Source of the DNA: Patescibacteria group bacterium
GTDB taxonomy: Bacteria; Patescibacteriota; Patescibacteriia; UBA9934
Direction of reading: 5' to 3'
Length of the DNA stretch: 64,000 nucleotides
NCBI GenBank assembly: GCA_018062825.1
Contig: JAGORL010000002.1
Location: 65,629 to 129,628 of the forward strand
A program made the translations under genes and the position numbers. Of this stretch, positions 58,756 to 64,000 are shown piece by piece. The notes beneath the pieces are model-generated. The model saw only the letters and a list, made by a program, of their open reading frames with translations, had not been told where the DNA came from and searched no databases. How positions within the stretch are numbered: the first letter of the stretch is position 1; each line of letters begins with the position of its first letter.

Positions 58756-60081
58756 TTAGGAACGAAACTTAGCTTCAAGGTACGCTGGAAGCTCAGCAAT
58801 CTTAATGCGCTCCTGCACCATAGTGTCACGATCACGAACCGTAACCGCCTGATCGTTCAATGATTCAAAATCAACAGTTACGCAATACGGCGTACCGATT
58901 TCATCCTGACGGCGGTAACGCTTACCAATGGACTGCGTTTCATCATAATCAACACGCAAACCAAGGGCCGCAATCTGTTCAGCAAGCGGGCGAGCAACAA
59001 CCGAAAGCTCCTCTTTCTTAGAAAGCGGAAGTACTGCGACTTTAATCGGTGCCAAGTGCTTAGGGAACTTAAGTACAACGCGGCTATCACCGTCTTCACC
59101 CTCACCACCAACCTTTTCTTCATTGTAGGCAGAAAGTAAGACAGCTAGGAACGTGCGATCAACACCAAACGTCGGCTCAATAACATGCGGAATATACTTC
59201 TCGTTTGTCATCGGATCCGTGTACTTCATGTCCTTGCCAGACATCTTCTCGTGGTTGGTCAGGTCAAAATCGGTACGATATGCAATACCGTAAAGCTCCT
59301 TACGACCAAACGGGAAATCAAATTCAATATCAACAGTACGCTTTGAGTAGTGTGCGAGCTCATCCTTCTCTACCTCAAGGTTATGAACAGCAGTTGCTGG
59401 AATACCACACTCGGCAATCCAGTCGTACATACGCTTAAGCCACGCCTCAAACTGTGCTTCCCATTCACTTGGGTGAATGAAATACTCAATCTCCATTTGC
59501 TCAAATTCACGCTGACGGAAAATAAAGTTACCCGGCGTAATCTCATTACGAAACGCCTTACCAATCTGCGCAATACCAAACGGCACACGCTTACGTGTAG
59601 AAGTTAAAACAAGTGGAAAATCAACAAACATCGCCTGCGCTGTTTCCGGACGGAAATACACCGTCGCTGATGCATCTTCTTTAGGTCCAAGCGTCGTTTT
59701 CAACATCAAATTAAACGATGCCGGTTCAGTAAACGAATCCTTCGCATCACAATTCTGACATGGAGCCTTAAGATCAATCTGATCAGCTCGGTAACGCTCA
59801 TGACACTTCTTGCATTCAACAAGTGGATCAGTAAACGTCGCCACGTGGCCAGATGCCTCCCAAACCCGAGGGTTCATGAGAAGTGCGGCATCAAGACCAA
59901 CCATATCTAAACGACCGGTAACAAACTTCTTCCACCAAGCCTGCTTAATATTATTTTTCAACTCAACGCCAAGTGGACCGTAATCCCAAGAGTTAGCAAG
60001 ACCGCCGTAAATATCAGAACCGGGAAAGATGAAGCCTCGCGTTTTAGCGAGGGTCACCAAAGTTTCCATGGAAACAGCCAT
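58756..60081 (-). CDS. glyQS: Glycine--tRNA ligase (dimeric alpha2 type)
   Basis: MAVSMETLVTLAKTRGFIFPGSDIYGGLANSWDYGPLGVELKNNIKQAWW is the canonical GlyQS N-terminus. Class II motifs present. Confidence 0.85.
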   Translation of the reverse strand: MAVSMETLVTLAKTRGFIFPGSDIYGGLANSWDYGPLGVELKNNIKQAWWKKFVTGRLDMVGLDAALLMNPRVWEASGHVATFTDPLVECKKCHERYRADQIDLKAPCQNCDAKDSFTEPASFNLMLKTTLGPKEDASATVYFRPETAQAMFVDFPLVLTSTRKRVPFGIAQIGKAFRNEITPGNFIFRQREFEQMEIEYFIHPSEWEAQFEAWLKRMYDWIAECGIPATAVHNLEVEKDELAHYSKRTVDIEFDFPFGRKELYGIAYRTDFDLTNHEKMSGKDMKYTDPMTNEKYIPHVIEPTFGVDRTFLAVLLSAYNEEKVGGEGEDGDSRVVLKFPKHLAPIKVAVLPLSKKEELSVVARPLAEQIAALGLRVDYDETQSIGKRYRRQDEIGTPYCVTVDFESLNDQAVTVRDRDTMVQERIKIAELPAYLEAKFRS

Positions 60082-60083
60082 AG

Positions 60084-60623
60084 TTACACTTTCATGATTT
60101 CAGCCTCCTTCTTCTCACCCATCTCATCAATCTTGGCAACAACCTCTTTCACCACCTTATCAAGAGCGTCCTGTTCTTTCTTAATGTCATCTTCACTCAC
60201 GTCCTGAGCTCCAATCTTCTTACGAGCCTCTTCACGAACACGGCGAGCAGCTACACGAGCATCCTCAAGCTTCTCTTTCATGATCTTCACCATCTTCATG
60301 CGGCTCTCCTCGGTCATCATCGGCATGATCAAACGCAGTACCTTACCATCAACAACCGGCATAATACCGATATCAGAGGCAACAATGGCGGTTTCGATCG
60401 CTTTTACAACCGAACCATCCCAAGGCTCAATAACAAGCGTCTTGGAGTCCGGGGTAGACATAGAGGCCAAAGCCTTGATCGGCTGCATGGTGCCATAAGC
60501 CTCAACTTGGATATTTTCCGCTAAGGCTGGCGTAGCACGACCGGTTCGTAACTGATTTAACTCCTCATACAAACGATCAGTAACCTTGGCAAACTGTGGC
60601 TGAGCTTCTTTAATAAAATCCAT
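60084..60623 (-). CDS. frr: Ribosome recycling factor
   Basis: MDFIKEAQPQFAKVTDRLYEELNQLRTGRATPALAENIQVEAYG... Start at the internal Met (60623), inside the ORF-track frame 60084..60671. Confidence 0.85.
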   Translation of the reverse strand: MDFIKEAQPQFAKVTDRLYEELNQLRTGRATPALAENIQVEAYGTMQPIKALASMSTPDSKTLVIEPWDGSVVKAIETAIVASDIGIMPVVDGKVLRLIMPMMTEESRMKMVKIMKEKLEDARVAARRVREEARKKIGAQDVSEDDIKKEQDALDKVVKEVVAKIDEMGEKKEAEIMKV

Positions 60624-60692
60624 AGAATTTACAACAATATGCAGTCTATAAGGACAAGGGACGAGCGTCAATCGCTCGTCCCCTTTTCTTTC

Positions 60693-61784
60693 CTAATCTT
60701 CAATCGTTTGCAAGCCGAGCCAGAGCTGCGCCTCCTGCGCTGGATCAACCGCTAGTACCGAGGTCGCGCGCGTTGTTGGCAGTTCACTTGTTGTCCAACC
60801 AGCCCCACCGTTCACAGACTTGTAAAGCGTGTTGTTCGTGCCGTAATACATCACGTTAGCGTCACGTGGAGAGATAGCAACATCATAAATCTCAACCTCG
60901 CCAGGTGGCGTAACAAGCGGAATCGCCGCCCAGGTTAAGGCCTGATCCTTAGAAACAAGGAGTCCGTAGTCAGAATTAAGCACGATCGTGTCTCCATTTG
61001 TTGACTGTGCAAAACCGGTTACGCGATTTGATGACTTAAAGGCATCAAGCGCGTCCTCAAAATCAGTCCAGGTGGCTCCACCGTCACTTGAACGAATATA
61101 GCCGTTACGAGCCGTTGCCGCCAAGATAATGCGACTATCTGCGTTACTAATAAGAACATCTTGAATCTGATCACGACCAGTGAAAACGGAAGCCCAGGTA
61201 GCACCACCGTCAACAGAACGAATAACGTCGCCGGCAGAAGTACCGATCCAAACAATACGTGGATTGTACCAATCAAGCGCTAAAGCCGTCAGACGCTCAT
61301 CAGAACGGGTTTCAACGTACGTTTCAGTAGCAAACGTACGACCACATGTTTCTGTTTTCAAAAGGCGATCAACCTTGAGAACAAACCAGGTACAAACCTC
61401 CGTTGGATGAATAGCAATATCAAGGACTGCGCCATTTTTTGCTAGCTCCTCCTCAGGGCGCATCCAACCCTCGCCACCATCTAAGCTATAAAAAAGACCG
61501 TTCGCCTTAGTGCCAAGGTACACAGCGGTATCATCCTGCGGATCAAAAGTAATCGACAGAACATCCGTTGATGAAATCGATGACGGTGTTGGCAAAGTAA
61601 CAAGCGTATTCTTTGCTACCCATGTCCTGCCAGCATCAAGCGAAGTGTACATACCACCCGTCGCCGCCTTGGCTGCGGAACCTCCCCCAAAACAACCTGC
61701 GCCCATCAAACTCAGTGACAAGGCTGCAACTGACAGTGATAAAAGGCGTTTCTGCATAAATTTATTTAACGTCCGGTACAGCAA
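60693..61784 (-). CDS. Secreted BNR/Ycf48-like repeat protein (lipoprotein)
   Basis: Lipobox MGAGCFGG. Six repeats of S.DGG.TW (SLDAGRTW, SLDGGEGW, SVDGGATW, SSDGGATW, SKDQALTW, SVNGGAGW). Confidence 0.55.
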   Translation of the reverse strand: MLYRTLNKFMQKRLLSLSVAALSLSLMGAGCFGGGSAAKAATGGMYTSLDAGRTWVAKNTLVTLPTPSSISSTDVLSITFDPQDDTAVYLGTKANGLFYSLDGGEGWMRPEEELAKNGAVLDIAIHPTEVCTWFVLKVDRLLKTETCGRTFATETYVETRSDERLTALALDWYNPRIVWIGTSAGDVIRSVDGGATWASVFTGRDQIQDVLISNADSRIILAATARNGYIRSSDGGATWTDFEDALDAFKSSNRVTGFAQSTNGDTIVLNSDYGLLVSKDQALTWAAIPLVTPPGEVEIYDVAISPRDANVMYYGTNNTLYKSVNGGAGWTTSELPTTRATSVLAVDPAQEAQLWLGLQTIED

Positions 61785-62688
61785 GCGCCAATCGCTCTAA
61801 GGCGATCGTGGGATTAGCATTTTTCTCAAGTGAAGCAAGCGCCTCAAGCGCCGCCGCTAACCCCGCTGTAGCGGATGACACCGTAAATAATACCGTATCT
61901 TCTCCCTCAGTACTCGCACGTTTTACCCAATCAGCGAAATATTCAGCAGATGTTCGCAAAAAAAGCTCCAAGTCTCCCCCGCGTTCTTCCAAGTCCATCT
62001 TAGCGATCACGCCGGATCGCATCACGCGATCCGCTAAGGGCAGTGCAAAAAAATCTTCAACCTGACGAGCCATAAGCTCAGCGGCGGCGCGTTCATCGGC
62101 ACCGAGTAAACGAACAGCTCGCCCCGGAAGACCAGCGCTCATCCGTAAAAGTAAACGACGCTCATAATCAGAAGACACATCATGAAAAACCGACTTCGCA
62201 AGTTCGCTATCAGACACAATGGAAAGACGAACTATTGCCAATCGCGAACGTACCGTTGGCAGCACTTCATCCTCACTTTCTGCCAAAATAAAAATATGAG
62301 CAGTGCCAGTTGGCTCCTCAAGCGTTTTCAAAAGTGCATTCTGTGACTGCACGCTCAAAGCCGCTGCCTCTTCAATAACCGCCACCTTCTTGCCAAACAT
62401 TGCCGCTAAAGATAATCGATCAAGAAGTTCGCGCACTGCTTCCAGAGGAATATCCCGCTTCCTGCCACCATCAGTACGCTCCGTCGGTCGCTGCAAAAAG
62501 AAATAATCCGGGTGACCGGATAGCGCCAGAGGGTCAACGCCTAAAAGAATTCCAGAGATGCGCTGAGCAAGCGCTGTTTTCCCAACGCCCTGCGGGCCAA
62601 CAAGAAGCACGCCCTGCACAAAAGTGCCGCGTTTTGCCATATCGATCAGGTGATCAGCGGTCTGGGCGTTGCCAATAAAAGAAGTCAT
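61762..62688 (-). CDS. holB: DNA polymerase III subunit delta' (AAA+ clamp-loader subunit)
   Basis: LLVGPQGVGKTALAQRI is a Walker-A-like clamp-loader motif. The DEAA-like box IEEAAALS. About 300 aa. Confidence 0.5.
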   Translation of the reverse strand: MTSFIGNAQTADHLIDMAKRGTFVQGVLLVGPQGVGKTALAQRISGILLGVDPLALSGHPDYFFLQRPTERTDGGRKRDIPLEAVRELLDRLSLAAMFGKKVAVIEEAAALSVQSQNALLKTLEEPTGTAHIFILAESEDEVLPTVRSRLAIVRLSIVSDSELAKSVFHDVSSDYERRLLLRMSAGLPGRAVRLLGADERAAAELMARQVEDFFALPLADRVMRSGVIAKMDLEERGGDLELFLRTSAEYFADWVKRASTEGEDTVLFTVSSATAGLAAALEALASLEKNANPTIALERLALAVPDVK

Positions 62689-62707
62689 GTCGGCAGTTTA
62701 ACAAATA

Positions 62708-62800
62708 CCACTCCCTACTGCCTACTTTCTCTGGCCCCAACGTAGTCCGGCTCTGCCGGACGAAGTGGGCCTATTCCCTATCCCCCATTCCCTATTTCCT
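62708..62800. repeat. Intergenic repeat element, copy C
   Basis: CCACTCCCTACTGCCTACtttctctggCCCCAACGTAGTCCGGCTCTGCCGGACGAAGTGGGCCTATtccctatcccccattccctatttcctac is almost identical to copy A. Confidence 0.8.
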
Positions 62801-62842
62801 ACATTTTACGCTAAAATTAGCCAAATAATCATTAAAATTCAT

Positions 62843-62871
62843 TGACAAAACGCCTATTCTATGGTATAAAT
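62843..62871 (+). promoter_or_regulatory. Near-consensus sigma-70 promoter (-35 TTGACA, 17-bp spacer, -10 TATAAA) followed by a GGAG ribosome-binding site upstream of the high-GC ORF
   Basis: cattgacaaaacgcctattctatggtataaatac. RBS ...cacaggagaacaccATG. Confidence 0.55.
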
Positions 62872-62940
62872 ACACGTTGGGATGTTCTTTCACCAATCCC
62901 CGCCCAACGCCTCACGTCCACCACCCCACAGGAGAACACC

Positions 62941-64000
62941 ATGTTCCTCTTCGAGACCGACCACGTCCGCGACCTCCACTTCACCGAGGGCGGCAACGTC
63001 GTCGGTGACGCGAACGGCTTCACCGCGGACGACTACCCGACCGAGAACCTCTACGAGGCGGCCGAGTGGGTCGCCCCGAAGTACTGGATCAACGTCGACG
63101 ACCTCGCGGCCTCCCCGGCCGACGTCGACGACAGCGACGAGTACGACACCGACTTCGACTTCACCAAGGACGAGGCCGGTGAGCCCGTCCTCGCGTTCCG
63201 CCACGCCACCCGGCGCATGGTGGTCGTGACCTTCGAGACCTCGTCGTTCATCTGGCCGTCGCAGGACGACGAGCCCACGAACTCCGAGATCGCGGCCTCC
63301 CCGGCCGAGGTCAACAACGACGACACCGAGCTCGACGAGGCCATCCCGGCCGACGAGCAGGACGTCGAGATCGAGGACGACGAGTTGCCCCACCCCGAGC
63401 AGTCCGCCGTGACCCGCAAGGTCATGGAGGGCCGCGAGGGCGAGCGTCGCCTCCTCAAGGCAAGCCACAAGCACGACGGCAAGGGTGAGAAGCTCCACAA
63501 GAGCCGCATCGCCCTGCGCCGCCACGGCAAGACGCTCCGGCACCAGCTGAACGAGCTCGCCGCACAGGCCATCCCGGCCGAAGTGGTGATGCGCCCCGTC
63601 CTGCACTGGACGGAAGCGGAGCTCGCGCAGATCCTCGTCGTCGAGTCCGACCTCGAGGCCGAAGCGTGGAACGCCGAGCTCGAGTACCTCGAGTGGTGGC
63701 ACAACCACTGCTACGACTACGCCGAGCCCGAGCCCACCGCCCGCGAGCGCTACGAAGCGCAGCTGCGGGAAGAGCGCCAGGCCTGGGAGGACAAGATGTC
63801 CGCCTACGGCGACGAGCTCATGCGCTACGAGGCCACCCACGGACACTTGCCGTGGGAGGCCGACGAGCATTGGACCGAGCTCGAGCTCGCCCTGGACATG
63901 CGCCTCGACGACGACATCGTCCTGCCGGAAGCGCAGTGCTCCGGCATCTGCGTCCGCGCCACCATGAGCGCGGACGAATACAGCTACTACACGCTCTTCA
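62941..64000 (+). CDS. Partial (continues beyond window end) highly acidic protein of unknown function, encoded in about 65-70% GC sequence with actinomycete-like G/C-ending codons
   Basis: Manual translation from ATG 62941 is open to the window end with no stop: MFLFETDHVRDLHFTEGGNVVGDANGFTADDYPTENLYEAAEWVAPKYWINVDDLAASPADVDDSDEYDTDFDFTKDEAGEPVLAFRHATRRMVVVTFETSSFIWPSQDDEPTNSEIAASPAEVNNDDTELDEAIPADEQDVEIEDDELPHPEQSAVTRKVMEGREGERRLLKASHKHDGKGEKLHKSRIALRRHGKTLRHQLNELAAQAIPAEVVMRPVLHWTEAELAQILVVESDLEAEAWNAELEYLEWWHNHCYDYAEPEPTARERYEAQLREERQAWEDKMSAYGDELMRYEATHGHLPWEADEHWTELELALDMRLDDDIVLPEAQCSGICVRATMSADEYSYYTLF. Third codon positions are almost all G/C. Not in the ORF track because there is no stop. 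Confidence 0.55.
   Translation, partial: MFLFETDHVRDLHFTEGGNVVGDANGFTADDYPTENLYEAAEWVAPKYWINVDDLAASPADVDDSDEYDTDFDFTKDEAGEPVLAFRHATRRMVVVTFETSSFIWPSQDDEPTNSEIAASPAEVNNDDTELDEAIPADEQDVEIEDDELPHPEQSAVTRKVMEGREGERRLLKASHKHDGKGEKLHKSRIALRRHGKTLRHQLNELAAQAIPAEVVMRPVLHWTEAELAQILVVESDLEAEAWNAELEYLEWWHNHCYDYAEPEPTARERYEAQLREERQAWEDKMSAYGDELMRYEATHGHLPWEADEHWTELELALDMRLDDDIVLPEAQCSGICVRATMSADEYSYYTLF

Noticed and set aside
62882-63870. Long ORFs on both strands in the terminal GC-rich segment (62882..63229 +, 62890..63870 -, 63051..63704 -)
   Set aside because: High-GC DNA yields long stop-free frames in several phases. These translations are low-complexity (Ala/Gly/Val/Arg/Pro/Ser/Thr runs). Only the frame from ATG 62941 shows third-position G/C bias plus RBS and promoter.

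Overview
The window is a bacterial chromosomal segment of roughly 50% GC, mostly housekeeping genes, that ends in a foreign-looking high-GC segment. All functional assignments below come from reading motifs in the supplied translations and sequence. No homology search was run.

**Core genes (about 1-62,700)**
- A complete F0F1 ATP synthase operon, atpZ-B-E-F-H-A-G-D-C, on the minus strand.
- Ribosomal proteins L28 and L33, HU, uppS, an LCP-family protein, gpsA, tpiA, glyQS, frr and holB.
- Four tRNAs: Trp(CCA), Thr(TGT), Thr(GGT) and Tyr(GTA).

**Accessory content**
- Two tandem membrane-anchored FG-GAP beta-propeller paralogs, followed by a partial GT28-like glycosyltransferase.
- A nucleotide-metabolism trio (dCMP-deaminase-like, an unknown 300-aa protein, MazG-like NTP pyrophosphohydrolase) around a 12-bp perfect palindrome.
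- A lower-GC 756-aa membrane protein of unknown function.
- A DoxX plus VKOR thiol-oxidoreductase pair. The VKOR reading frame is broken by a frameshift.
- A class III ribonucleotide reductase operon (Com-like zinc finger, nrdD, nrdG).
- A csoR-copA-HMA/permease-cupredoxin copper operon with a recognisable CsoR operator.
- An N-terminally truncated RecB-family/RNase-H-like nuclease remnant abutting the 3' end of tRNA-Trp.
- A crtE-crtB-crtI carotenoid cluster with a divergent UbiA prenyltransferase and an atypical, higher-GC sigma-70-family factor.

**Things that stand out**
- An intergenic composite element of about 80 bp recurs at three loci. Its core is a hairpin (consensus CCCCAACGTAGTCCGGCTCTGCCGGACGAAGTGGGCCTAT) flanked by CCCTA-rich tracts.
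- The third copy sits exactly where the last ~1.1 kb switches to about 65-70% GC with actinomycete-like codon usage. This region is a single open frame for an acidic protein, driven by a near-consensus sigma-70 promoter and a GGAG ribosome-binding site, and it runs off the window end. It is the strongest lead for a foreign or undescribed element whose body lies beyond coordinate 64000.

No CRISPR array, rRNA, integrase or transposase was recognised.
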